From an uncultured delta proteobacterium (lineage in GTDB: Bacteria; Myxococcota_A; Polyangia; Polyangiales; Polyangiaceae), in contig CAWDXG010000001.1 of NCBI GenBank assembly GCA_963806225.1, positions 832,001 through 896,000 of the forward strand: a DNA stretch of 64,000 nucleotides, read 5' to 3'. A program made the translations under genes and the position numbers. The notes under the pieces were generated by a model, which saw nothing but the letters and a program-made list of their open reading frames with translations, made no database searches and was not told where the DNA came from. This document shows, one piece after another, positions 41,913-51,566 of the stretch (its first letter is position 1; each line of letters starts with the position of its first letter).

Positions 41913-42962
41913 TCAGTCCTTGCCGGTCTGTGTCGGCGCCACGACCAGCCGCCTCAGCCCGTTCCACGGAAACTCCGCGGTGTGCGGCGTGAGCAGCGGC
42001 AGATCGGTGTGCAGGCTGAACCAGGCGGTGCCGACGCCGGGACGGAGCACGTGGATGTTCTCGGCGGGGTTCAGCGCCTGGCCGAGCAGCGCGAGCTTCT
42101 GGCCCGACGGCTTCTGTGCGATGTCGAGCACGAGCACGACGTGGCCGGGCTTGCCCTGATGCACGAAGAAGTCTCCGGGGCGGATGTCCGCCGGCTCGAC
42201 CTTCGTGCCCTGCTTCGAAAGCGACGTGCTGTTCGCCCACGTGAACACGATGTCGAGATAGTTGCGGAACGCGGGATAGTCGATCTTCACTGGCTTGGCG
42301 CGGGGCGCCCAGAACACGTTGCCCCCCAGCGCCACGATGCGCTCGCCTTTCGCGTAGCGTGCGAGCGGCATGTCGAGCCCGGTCGCGCCCTCGTAGCTCA
42401 TGTCCCGCTCGCCCTTCGAAAAGCGCCACTCGGCGTCGAGCCGGACCACAACGTCGGGGCTCTGCTGCAGATCGGCCTTGCCCACATCGATGGCGACGAC
42501 GGCGGCCAGATACTTTTCGTCGGCGGGATAGATGACATCGCCCTTGTAGCTCTTCACGGGCGTACCCGGCGCGGCGAGCGGCAGTGTGCGCAGCCACGCG
42601 CCGAACGATCCCGGGGGTTCCGCCACGCGCTGGTAGCCGGGGGGTGTCTTGAAGCGCGACTCCAGCGTGTCCACTGCCTTCGGTTCGTCCAGCGACTTGT
42701 CGGCGAGCCAGGTGTAGAGCTTCGGGTCGGGCTCGGCGCGGGCGGCCGGAGGCGCGGCGCTCGCGCTGGCTGCCGCGTGACTCGCCGGCGGGGCTGCCGC
42801 CGAGGCCACAGGTGCGCTCGACTTCGCCGCACGATGCCCCGACGTGTGCTTCTTGCACCCGACGACCCCTGCGAGCACGAGCGCCAGGCCCAGGATCGGA
42901 CTTGTTCGGAACACGGTCACCGTACGGCACGCGAGGAGGCTCGAAGCGCGCGCGGCCAGCAT
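41913..42962 (-). CDS. DUF4846-like lipoprotein
   Basis: RFKTPPGYQRV..SFGAWLRTLPL, DVGKADLQQ, IRPGDFFV..PGHVVLVLD; start uncertain. Confidence 0.75.
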   Translation of the reverse strand: MLAARASSLLACRTVTVFRTSPILGLALVLAGVVGCKKHTSGHRAAKSSAPVASAAAPPASHAAASASAAPPAARAEPDPKLYTWLADKSLDEPKAVDTLESRFKTPPGYQRVAEPPGSFGAWLRTLPLAAPGTPVKSYKGDVIYPADEKYLAAVVAIDVGKADLQQSPDVVVRLDAEWRFSKGERDMSYEGATGLDMPLARYAKGERIVALGGNVFWAPRAKPVKIDYPAFRNYLDIVFTWANSTSLSKQGTKVEPADIRPGDFFVHQGKPGHVVLVLDIAQKPSGQKLALLGQALNPAENIHVLRPGVGTAWFSLHTDLPLLTPHTAEFPWNGLRRLVVAPTQTGKD

Positions 42963-43026
42963 ACACCAGCCGCGCGCCCGCTCCGCATTCTCGATCGCGT
43001 TCCCCAAATACCGGAAATTGCGCCGA

Positions 43027-44220
43027 CTATACCGCTTCCAGTACGACCGCGATGCCCTGGCCGCCACCGATGCAGGCCGAGCCGACCGCGACGCGCTTGT
43101 TCTGCCTGCGGAGCGTGTAGATGAGGTTCGTGGTGATGCGCGCACCCGTGGCGCCGAGCGGATGGCCGAGCGCGATGGCGCCGCCGTTGACGTTGGTGCG
43201 GTCCTCGGGCAGCTCCAGCTCCCGCTGCACCGCGAGGAACTGCGGCGCGAACGCCTCGTTCACGTCGAACAGATCAACGTCCTTCATCGTCAGCCCCGCG
43301 CGATCCATCGCGCCCCGGATCGCCGGCGCGGGACCGATGCCCATGAGGGTCGGCTCGACGCCGGCGACGCCCCACTGGAGCAGCTTCGCGAGCGGCTTCA
43401 GGCCGTGCGCCTTGCCCCACTCCGCGTCCACGACCACCAGCGCCGCGGCTCCGTCGCAGATGCCGGAGGCGTTGCCCGCCGTCACGACGCCGTCCTTCTT
43501 GAACACCGGGGGCAGCTTGGCGAGGATTTCCATGGTCGTGTTCGGACGCGGATGCTCGTCCTTGTCGACGTTCAGCATCTTCCGGCCGGCCTTCACCTCC
43601 ATGGGTGCGATCTCGTCGGCGAAACCGCCCGACTCCTGCGCCGCCGCCCACTTCTGCTGCGAGCGTAGGGCGAAGCGATCGGCATCCTCACGGGTGACCT
43701 TGTACTTGTCGGCGAGGTTCTCGGCCGTGACGGCCATCGGCGTCTTGCAGTAGCTGTCCGTGAGCGCCTCCCAGAGCGTGTCGACCAGCTCGGGCGGCTT
43801 GCCGAACCTCGCGCCGTCCCTCAGGCCCCACAGAGCGTGCGGCGACTGCGACATGTTCTCGCTGCCCGCGGCCAGCACAGCGTGCGCGTCGCCGAGCAGG
43901 ATCTGTTCGGCTGCGGTCACCACGGCCTGGAAGCCCGAGCCGCACAGGCGGTTCACCGTGAGCGCAGGCACCTCGATGGGAAGGCCCGCCTTCAGCCCGA
44001 CGTGGCGCGCGCCGTAGATGGCGTCGCGGCTGGTCTGCTGCACGTTGCCGAGGAGCATGTGGCCGATTTCCTTCGGATCGATGCCCGACTGGGCAAGCGC
44101 CGCCTTGGAGGCGTGCACCGCCAGATCGATCGCGCTCACACCCTTGAGCGAGCCGCTCAGGGTGCCGAAGGGGGTGCGCTTCGCGGCGACGATCCAGATC
44201 TCTTTCGATAGCTTTTTCAT
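43027..44220 (-). CDS. Thiolase (acetyl-CoA C-acyltransferase)
   Basis: VNRLCGSG, TAGNASGICDGA, NEAFA, GHPLGATG, ACIGGGQG. Confidence 0.96.
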   Translation of the reverse strand: MKKLSKEIWIVAAKRTPFGTLSGSLKGVSAIDLAVHASKAALAQSGIDPKEIGHMLLGNVQQTSRDAIYGARHVGLKAGLPIEVPALTVNRLCGSGFQAVVTAAEQILLGDAHAVLAAGSENMSQSPHALWGLRDGARFGKPPELVDTLWEALTDSYCKTPMAVTAENLADKYKVTREDADRFALRSQQKWAAAQESGGFADEIAPMEVKAGRKMLNVDKDEHPRPNTTMEILAKLPPVFKKDGVVTAGNASGICDGAAALVVVDAEWGKAHGLKPLAKLLQWGVAGVEPTLMGIGPAPAIRGAMDRAGLTMKDVDLFDVNEAFAPQFLAVQRELELPEDRTNVNGGAIALGHPLGATGARITTNLIYTLRRQNKRVAVGSACIGGGQGIAVVLEAV

Positions 44221-44346
44221 GACGATCACCTCTATGGCCCGGTTTTCGACGGGACCCATAACGCGTCCAGGGCGTCGCGTCGACGCCTCCAGTGGCGGCG
44301 GTCATGCCGTGCTGTTGCGACGCGAGCCCGTTCGCCGACGAGCCGG

Positions 44347-44367
44347 ACGTGGCAAAACGCTACAAAT
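44347..44367. promoter_or_regulatory. Second copy of the GTRGC-AAAAC-GCYAC motif, upstream of the thiolase
   Basis: ACGTGGCAAAACGCTACAAAT, 19/21 identical to 1132-1152. Confidence 0.6.
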
Positions 44368-44969
44368 CAGTCCGCGGCCGCGTCACTCGCGCCGGCGTCG
44401 TTGTTCGTCGTGGCGTCGCTGCCCGCCTCGGTGGCGGCGTCGTTGTTCGTCGTGGCGTCGCTGCCCGCCTCGGTGGCGGCGTCGTTGTTCGTCGTGGCGT
44501 CGCTGCCCGAGTCCTGCGGCGTGCCCGAGTCGTTGCCGCCTGCGTCCTTCGGCAAGGGTCCGCAGATGGGGATGGCCGGCGCGCTCGTGTTCTGCAGGCT
44601 CACCTGGAAACAGCCTTCATCCGTGCCGCAGCCGCCGTTGTCGCAGAACGGCATGCAGGTGCCAGTGGCCGTGCCCGCCCCATTCGGGAAACAACCCAGC
44701 CCCTCGTCGCACTGCGGTTGTCCGACCACGTTGGTGCAGCTCGCACCCTGGCCGGCGCCCTGCTTGGCGGGCAGGCAGGTGTACTTGCCGTCCGTGTTGT
44801 ACCAGCACGTCGTTCCCGGCTTGCAGTCGGAGGGCTTGGTGGCGCAGGACGCGCTTCCACCACCGGAGTTGTCGTTGCTGCTGCCGCAGCCGTACGCCGG
44901 GAGCGACAGCGCGCCGAGCAGCAACAGACCCGTGATCTTCGCGAGAGACGATCGCCTCGAAGCAAGCAT
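44367..44969 (-). CDS. Cys-rich lipoprotein with acidic C-terminal repeats
   Basis: Lipobox AYGC; Cys-rich core; GSDATTNNDAATEA repeats. Confidence 0.82.
   Translation of the reverse strand: MLASRRSSLAKITGLLLLGALSLPAYGCGSSNDNSGGGSASCATKPSDCKPGTTCWYNTDGKYTCLPAKQGAGQGASCTNVVGQPQCDEGLGCFPNGAGTATGTCMPFCDNGGCGTDEGCFQVSLQNTSAPAIPICGPLPKDAGGNDSGTPQDSGSDATTNNDAATEAGSDATTNNDAATEAGSDATTNNDAGASDAAAD
44393..44509 (-). repeat. 42-bp coding tandem repeat, about 2.8 copies
   Basis: Identical units CGGCGTCGTTGTTCGTCGTGGCGTCGCTGCCCGCCTCGGTGG on the + strand. Confidence 0.9.
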
Positions 44970-45216
44970 GTGAATAATCCTCCTGCGCGCCGGGCGCGCG
45001 AGAGCAGGCTCGCACGGCCGCGGCGCTGCGGGCAAGGGCTCCGGACGGCGGCGAGCACCGATCGGCGCGCAGGGCCAGTTCGCGGTCGCCAGCATGAACG
45101 ACGGCAGCGCCAACACCCGCCCCGCGTGGACCAGCGGTGGATTCGCCGTATCGTCGACCCGTATCCAGCAGCGAGCGTGGCTCCGGGCGGTGGACATTGG
45201 TAGGCTCGGGGCACCG

Positions 45217-46383
45217 GTGTCGACATTGGACCCCAACCAGCTCGCCGAGCTGGAGCGCGAGAACGATTCGCTGAGGCGGGCGATCTCGCTGTTGCACCAG
45301 ATCGCCAACCTGGTGCGCGGCTCGCTGGAGCTCGAGCCGACCTGCTACGCGGTGCTCACGGGCGTGACGGCCGGCGTCGGGCTCGGTTTGAACCGCGCCA
45401 TGCTGTTCCTCGTCGACGAACACGATCGCAACACGCTTCTGGGCGTGGCCTCGGTCGGGCCGAGTGACGCGGCCGAGGCGGACCGCGTCTGGAAGTCGAT
45501 CGAGTCGGACGCCCCCGACCTCGACGGCCTGTACCGCGCGGGCCTGCGCCGCAGCGCCAATCCGGGTCCGCTCGATCGCCGGGTGCGTTCCATCCGCGTG
45601 CCCGTTGACGGCAACAGCCCCATCTCGCTCGCGCTCCGGCGGGCCGCGACCGTGCGCGAGGGCAGCGACGATCTCGACGGCCTGTTGCATCTGCCGACGG
45701 CGGTAGCGGCGCCGCTGCGCGCGCGCGACAGCGTGCAGGGCGTTCTGTACGCGGACAACTGCTTCACCGGGCGGCGTCTCGACCCGATTGCCGAGCTGGT
45801 TTTCTCGATGGTGGCCGATCACGCTGGCCGCGCTATCGCGAGCGCGCACCACTATGAACGCGTCGCGCACCAGGCGCGCACCGACGCGCTCACGGGGCTC
45901 GGTCACCATGGCGCCATGATGGAAGCCGTCGCGGAGGCCGCGGCGCACGCGCGCCGCGCGGGAGCGCCGCTCGGTCTGGCCATGATCGATCTCGACGACT
46001 TCAAGAAGGTGAACGACACCCTGGGCCACCGCGCGGGCGATGCGCTGCTCGCCGGCGTTGCCGCGCGCCTGCGCTCGGGCGTGCGGGTCGGCGAGACGCC
46101 CTTCCGCTACGGCGGCGAGGAGTTCGCGGTGCTCCTGCCCGGCGCCGATCGCCGCACCGTGGCAGAGGCGGGCGAGCGGATCCGCCATGCGCTGGAGCAG
46201 CAGGCGTTTCCCGTCGGCGCCGGACGGACCCTTACGCTGACCTGCTCCGTCGGCGTCGCGTCGCAATCGCCAGCCGAGCTCGACGCGCGCGCGCTCATCG
46301 AATCGGCCGACGCCGCTCTGCTCCGCGCCAAGGCTGCGGGCAAGAACCGGGTCGAGCAGGCGGCGGTCGCGGCCGATCGTTGA
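45217..46383 (+). CDS. GAF-GGDEF diguanylate cyclase
   Basis: GLGLNRAMLFL and GVLYADN (GAF); DLDDFKKVNDTLGH, RYGGEEF; start uncertain. Confidence 0.9.
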   Translation: MSTLDPNQLAELERENDSLRRAISLLHQIANLVRGSLELEPTCYAVLTGVTAGVGLGLNRAMLFLVDEHDRNTLLGVASVGPSDAAEADRVWKSIESDAPDLDGLYRAGLRRSANPGPLDRRVRSIRVPVDGNSPISLALRRAATVREGSDDLDGLLHLPTAVAAPLRARDSVQGVLYADNCFTGRRLDPIAELVFSMVADHAGRAIASAHHYERVAHQARTDALTGLGHHGAMMEAVAEAAAHARRAGAPLGLAMIDLDDFKKVNDTLGHRAGDALLAGVAARLRSGVRVGETPFRYGGEEFAVLLPGADRRTVAEAGERIRHALEQQAFPVGAGRTLTLTCSVGVASQSPAELDARALIESADAALLRAKAAGKNRVEQAAVAADR

Positions 46384-46427
46384 CCCTCGCAGCGGCTTCG
46401 GGGACGCTCCCGCCGCGAGGAGGCAGG

Positions 46428-47306
46428 ATGCCGGACGACACCGTGCTGTATGAAGTAGAGGATCGCATCGCGACCCTGACGCTGAACCGCCCGACGCGGC
46501 TGAACGCGATCAACGACCGCATGCCGCGCGAGATCCGCGCGGCGGTGGAGCGCGCGAACTCGGACGACTCGGTGCACGTGATCGTACTCACCGGCGCGGG
46601 TCGTGCGTTCTCGGCCGGCTACGATCTCGTCGAGTACGCCCAGACCGGGGGCGAGAACCCCGGCGTGCAGTCGATGCCCTGGGACCCGATGGTCGACTTC
46701 CGCATGATGTATGAAAATACGCAGTGCTTCGCGTCGCTGTGGAAGAGCTACAAGCCGACGATCGCGAAGGTGAGGGGATTCGCGGTGGCGGGCGGCAGCG
46801 ACATCGCGCTCAGCTGCGACCTGGTGGTGATGGCCGAGGACGCGAAGATCGGCTACCCGCCGGCACGCGTGTGGGGCTGCCCGACCACGGCGATGTGGGT
46901 GTACCGGATCGGCGCCGAGCGGGCGAAGCGCATGTTGCTCACCGGGGACCTGATCGACGGGCGCGAGGCGAAGGAGATGGGGCTGGTGATCGATGCGGTG
47001 CCGGAGAGCGGGCTCGACGCGCGCGTGGACCAGCTGGCGCGACGTATGACCGGCGTACCGAGAAACCAGCTCATGATGCAGAAGCTGATGGTCAACCAGG
47101 CCTACGAGAACATGGGGCTCGGCTCGACGCAGATGTTCGCGACGCTGTTCGACGGCATCACCCGGCATTCGCCCGAGGGCATGTGGTTCAAGGAGCGCGC
47201 GGAGGAGGTGGGCTTCAAGCAGGCCGTGGCCGAGCGCGACAGCGGCGAGCCCATTGCGCCCGGCGTCAGCCGCTCGTTCACGCCAGGCAAACCGAATGAG
47301 TCGTGA
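46428..47306 (+). CDS. Enoyl-CoA hydratase/crotonase family protein
   Basis: LTLNRPTRLNAI, AFSAGYDL, AVAGGSDIAL. Confidence 0.92.
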   Translation: MPDDTVLYEVEDRIATLTLNRPTRLNAINDRMPREIRAAVERANSDDSVHVIVLTGAGRAFSAGYDLVEYAQTGGENPGVQSMPWDPMVDFRMMYENTQCFASLWKSYKPTIAKVRGFAVAGGSDIALSCDLVVMAEDAKIGYPPARVWGCPTTAMWVYRIGAERAKRMLLTGDLIDGREAKEMGLVIDAVPESGLDARVDQLARRMTGVPRNQLMMQKLMVNQAYENMGLGSTQMFATLFDGITRHSPEGMWFKERAEEVGFKQAVAERDSGEPIAPGVSRSFTPGKPNES

Positions 47307-47616
47307 TGCGGCGCGCTCGCTGCCGCTGTTGATGGCGGCCGGGCTCGTGTTCGGTGCGGGTTGTCGCGACAAGCCGACGGCGAAGGCCGAGCCTGCTGCC
47401 GCGGGGCACTCTGCGGCCCCGCTGAGCGCGCGGGCGAAAGCTCGAGCGAGCGCCGCGGCAGAGCCGGCGTCCAGCGCAGCGGACGACAAGAACTGCTGCA
47501 TGGGCTTGAACGACTGCCGCGGCAAGGGCGGCTGCGCCGTACCCGAGTCGCACGCCTGCCAGGGGCAGAACGCCTGCAAGGGCCAGGGCGGCTGCCACTC
47601 GCACTGCCCGCACTGA
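47296..47616 (+). CDS. Small lipoprotein with two CxGxNxC(R/K)GxGGC repeats (bufferin-precursor-like)
   Basis: Lipobox FGAGC; CCMGLNDCRGKGGC...CQGQNACKGQGGCHSHCPH. Confidence 0.75.
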   Translation: MSRDAARSLPLLMAAGLVFGAGCRDKPTAKAEPAAAGHSAAPLSARAKARASAAAEPASSAADDKNCCMGLNDCRGKGGCAVPESHACQGQNACKGQGGCHSHCPH

Positions 47617-47631
47617 GCTCCGCCGCGGACG

Positions 47632-49077
47632 TCAGTGCCGGTGCGCGCGGGGCGGCTCGCGCTCTTCTTGCTCGAGCTCCTCGCCTTCGGTATCGACCTC
47701 GTCGGGCGCTTCGTCGATCCGTACGCGCGGTCGCGCGCCTTCCACGCGCGTGTGCGGAGGCGTGGCTGCGCGGCGGGTTTCCTCGTCGGCAACGCCGCGC
47801 AGCAAGGCGGAGGCGCGCCTGAGCCCCTCGACGCCGCGTTCGCCGATCTCGCGCGAGCGGTCTGCGGCCCTGCGCGGCGCGTTGCCGACGAACAGCGACA
47901 GCAACGTCAGAAAGGTCGGGAGCAACACCGTGAACAGCGCCCACACGGCGAGCTGGGCGGCGGTCAGCCCCAGCAGCAGCACGATCATGAGCAGCGGGTG
48001 CACGCGCTGGCTGTGGCGACCGCGCCAGCGGGCTTCGCGTCGGCGTCTGTAGGCCGCCCTGCGCTCCTCGTGGGCGTGGCGGCGCCGGGCGTGCCGCTCG
48101 CCTCGTGCTTCGTGGCGGGCATCGCGACGGGTCGAGCCGGCGGAGAGCCCGTCGGCCCATTGTTCCCATTCGTGGCGCGTCCTGTCCGCCCAATGCTGCC
48201 ATTCCTCGCGGGTTCCCCACGGAACGCGAGGGGGAGGCGGCGGCTTGCGTGACTCGCGGTCCGGCCCGCGCCGCGCGCGCGAGCCGGATCGGAGCTGGTC
48301 CAGGAGCGGCTCGACGCGCGTGGCGCGCTGGTCGGGATCGGGCTCGAGCATGCGCTTGAGCACGTCGATCACGCCCGGTTCGACGCTGCCGCCCAGGCTG
48401 GCGCGCACGTCGATGGCGAGCCCGCGGTGCGGCAGCGCTTCCGGTTCCTGGTTTGCGAGCAGCGTCAGCACGGTGGCGCCGAGGCCGTAGATGTCCGTGG
48501 CAGGCAGCGCGCGTCCCTGGAACTGCTCCGGGGCCATGTAGCCGAAGGTGCCGACCACGGTGCTGCCGCCGGCCGGTTCCAGGCTGGCCCGCACCGAGCC
48601 GAAGTCGACCAGACAGAACGAGCCGTCCGGGCGGCGGATCACGTTGCTGGGCTTGATGTCGCGGTGGATCACCGGCGGCACGCGGCCGTGCAGGTAGTCG
48701 AGGGCCTCGCCGATCTCGTTCAGCAGGCGCACCACTTCGGCCGGCGCGAGCCCGCCGCCGCGCGCGCGGAGCGCGGCCAGGCTCTCGCCCTCGATGCGCT
48801 CCATGACGAGATACAGGCAGCCGTCTTCCTCGAAGTGATCGAGGTACACCGGCAGCGACGGATGCGAGAGCTGGGCGAGCACGCGCGCTTCGCGTTCGGC
48901 CAGCTCCACGTCCTTCCACGAGCCCGCGCCGCGGATCTGGAAGCGCTTGATGGCGACGGGGCGGCCGCCCTGCTTGTCGACGGCCTCGAGCGTGGCACCC
49001 TGCGCACCCTGTCCGAGCACCCGCACGACGGCGTAGCGACCGTCGTGCAGCTCCTGTGCGGGCGCGGCGTCTGGCAT
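47632..49077 (-). CDS. Hanks-type Ser/Thr protein kinase with C-terminal TM region
   Basis: LGQGAQG, VAIK, HRDIKPSN, DFG, GTFGYMAPE. Confidence 0.93.
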   Translation of the reverse strand: MPDAAPAQELHDGRYAVVRVLGQGAQGATLEAVDKQGGRPVAIKRFQIRGAGSWKDVELAEREARVLAQLSHPSLPVYLDHFEEDGCLYLVMERIEGESLAALRARGGGLAPAEVVRLLNEIGEALDYLHGRVPPVIHRDIKPSNVIRRPDGSFCLVDFGSVRASLEPAGGSTVVGTFGYMAPEQFQGRALPATDIYGLGATVLTLLANQEPEALPHRGLAIDVRASLGGSVEPGVIDVLKRMLEPDPDQRATRVEPLLDQLRSGSRARRGPDRESRKPPPPPRVPWGTREEWQHWADRTRHEWEQWADGLSAGSTRRDARHEARGERHARRRHAHEERRAAYRRRREARWRGRHSQRVHPLLMIVLLLGLTAAQLAVWALFTVLLPTFLTLLSLFVGNAPRRAADRSREIGERGVEGLRRASALLRGVADEETRRAATPPHTRVEGARPRVRIDEAPDEVDTEGEELEQEEREPPRAHRH

Positions 49078-49079
49078 GG

Positions 49080-49970
49080 CTACTTCCCGAGGCCGGCCTC
49101 TTCGGAGGCGCTGAGCCCGAGCGCAGCCCAGTCGAGGTCGCCGCGCCCGCGCGCCACCGCAGCCGTCAGGCGATCGCGCAGCAGGCTGGCAAGAGGCATG
49201 GGAACGTCGCGCGCGAGCGCCGCTTCGATGACGAGGTTCACGTCCTTGCGTCCCAGCTTCAGACGAAAGCCGGGTGGCTCGTAGCGCTCGCTCGCGATGG
49301 CGCGGCCATAGCCCTGGTAGACGGGACAGTTGAAGAGCGTCGAGTAGAAGAGCTCGGCGACCTGCTGCCGGTCGATGCCGCTCTTTTCCGCCAGCGCGAA
49401 GGCCTCGCTCATGGCCTCGATCGCCGAGACGAGCATGAAGTTGCCGGCGAGCTTGACGATGTTGGCCTTCGACGGCTCGTCGCCGAACTCGAACACGCCC
49501 TGCCCGAGCGCGTCGAAGACCGGCTTGACGCGCTGTCTGGCGGCGGCGTTGCCGGCGGCGCAGATCCAGAGCTTCTTCGCCTTGGCCGCGTCCGGGCGAC
49601 CGAACACGGGTGCGGCGACGTAGGTCGCGCCGTGCCGCTCGTGCTCGGCGGAGAGTCGCTCCGCGGTCGCCGGCGAAACGGTGCTCATCGACACGTGCAC
49701 TTTGCCCTTGTCGAGCCCGGCGAGCAGCCCGTCGTCGCCATGCGTCACGGCGTCCAGCGCGGCGTCGTCAGCGAGCATCGTGATCACCACGTCGGCGTTC
49801 GCGGCGGCTTCGCGCGGCGTCTTCTCGACCTTCGCGCCCCGTGCCGAGAGCGGCTCCGCCTTGCCGGTGCTGCGGTTGTAGACGCCCAGCGGAAATCCCG
49901 CGTCGAGAAGGTTCTCCGCCATGGGCGCGCCCATGTTGCCGAGTCCGATGAAGCCCACGCTATCCGTCAT
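49080..49970 (-). CDS. NAD(P)-dependent beta-hydroxyacid dehydrogenase family protein
   Basis: FIGLGNMG, APVFGRP, VKLAGN. Confidence 0.92.
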   Translation of the reverse strand: MTDSVGFIGLGNMGAPMAENLLDAGFPLGVYNRSTGKAEPLSARGAKVEKTPREAAANADVVITMLADDAALDAVTHGDDGLLAGLDKGKVHVSMSTVSPATAERLSAEHERHGATYVAAPVFGRPDAAKAKKLWICAAGNAAARQRVKPVFDALGQGVFEFGDEPSKANIVKLAGNFMLVSAIEAMSEAFALAEKSGIDRQQVAELFYSTLFNCPVYQGYGRAIASERYEPPGFRLKLGRKDVNLVIEAALARDVPMPLASLLRDRLTAAVARGRGDLDWAALGLSASEEAGLGK

Positions 49971-50176
49971 GTCCGTTCGCTCCTGTCCGGTGTCCTGGTG
50001 CCGTCAGCTCGTAGGCGGAGTTTGTCCAGCATCGAAGTTTCCAGGGGTAGAGTAATGTCGCTTCCGGTCGCGTGCAGAGCCTTGCAACGCGGCGCGGGAA
50101 GCGTAAGCCTCCAGCCCACGAACCGCGAGGGGTGGATTGCTCCACAGACTTCGCGCCGAGCTTGGAGGTAGTTGTC

Positions 50177-51317
50177 ATGGGCATGGAGCATCTGGATCAT
50201 GGGCGCACAGGTCATTCCAGGACGTGGCGCGGCGTGCGGCTCGCTTTCGCGCTGTTGATCGCGGGGGCGTTCGGCGGTCTCGCCGTGCAGTGCTCCAGCA
50301 ACAATGGGAAATACGTGGGCAACGGCTCCGGCAACGGCGGCTCGGGGAACGGCACCGGCAACGGCGGCTCGGGCAACGGCACCGGCAACGGCGGCACCGG
50401 CGTCGGCGCCGACGCCGGGTTCGTGATCCCGGATTCAGGCGGTTCGGATGTCACACAGGACGCGTTCTATTTCGAACGATCCGCCTCCCGCGAACTGCTC
50501 CGACGCCGGAGTCAAGCCGCCCAAGATTGGCGGCACGCTCAAGTGCCCTTCCGACAAGAACCTGCCGGGTTGTCCCTGCGGGTCCGGCGTCAAGCTCGGC
50601 GACACCGCAGCGTGCTGGCCGGGCTACCGCAAGAACCGCAATCACGGCGACTGCAAGGACGGCACGACGACCTGCGAGCTGCAGGGCGAGAACCAGCCGG
50701 TGTGGGGCCCCTGCCAGGGTTTCACCGGTATCGACCCGAAAACGTACCAGGTGATCACGCCGGGAAGCTGCGGCTGCTTCACCCATGGCAAGTGGAGCAT
50801 CGACAACACGTCGCCTTGCTTCGCCTGCACCGACCAGGCCTGCTCGAGCGCCAGCGGAGCGGTTTCGACGCTCAAGACCACGCAGCAGTGTCCCGCGTCG
50901 GCCACGACGCTGCCGTCGGAGCCCTGGAGTGGCGATACCGTCAGCGCGGACTGCACCGGCAAGTTCAAGCTCTGCTACACGCTCAAGGCGCTCTCGGCGC
51001 CCAATGCGCAGCAGGCTGCAAGCGACTGCGTGATGAAGCAGGTCTGCACCGAGGCGTACTACGACCAAGCCAACCAGACGCAGCCCTTCCCGGACCTGGG
51101 GGCGTGGGTCACGGACACGCCGGCAGAGAAGCAGTGCGCGGCAGCGTTCGTCTCCAACGGCGGCTACGCCACGATGAGCGTCGATGGTCTGAGCGACGAG
51201 TGCGAGAAGATACAGAAGGACTTCGCGACCATCACGTACTGTCCTCTCGCGTGTAACAACCCGAACCCGCCCGCCATCTGCAAGCAGTGCAAGACCGGCG
51301 GCACCGGCGGGTTCTAG
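50177..51317 (+). CDS. Cys-rich lipoprotein; frameshift near 50470
   Basis: SD GGAGG; lipobox AVQC; GNGGSGNGT repeats; Cys-rich body continues in the 50448..51317 frame. Confidence 0.75.
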
Positions 51318-51362
51318 CCTCGCGCCACACCCCGCGCCGCCGGGCGCCCGCAGGAACAGGCG

Positions 51363-51464
51363 CGCAAACAATGCGCCGGTTGCGGGTGCCTGGGCAATTC
51401 ATGCGTTTTGCGGCCTCCTGCGGGCGCGCTACATCGTCGATTTCGCGAGGGCATGCTTCGTGCA
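51363..51464 (+). promoter_or_regulatory. Sigma54-type promoter of the PFOR operon with two (C/G)GCA-N5-TGCG sites
   Basis: CGCAAACAATGCG at 51363-51375; GGCAATTCATGCG at 51393-51405; GG-CATGCTTCGT-GCA at 51450-51464. Confidence 0.65.
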
Positions 51465-51566
51465 ACGCCGGCGCGTGCAGAAATTTCTGCGGGCTCCGGG
51501 CATCTCCGGGCCTGCTGGATTGTCCCCGGGACACCTGACTCCACCCCCAGCCCTAGCGAGCTCCTG

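Noticed and set aside
44295..44308. GG-N10-GC on the minus strand upstream of the thiolase
   Set aside because: Poor -12 element (CCGC); expected by chance at this GC content
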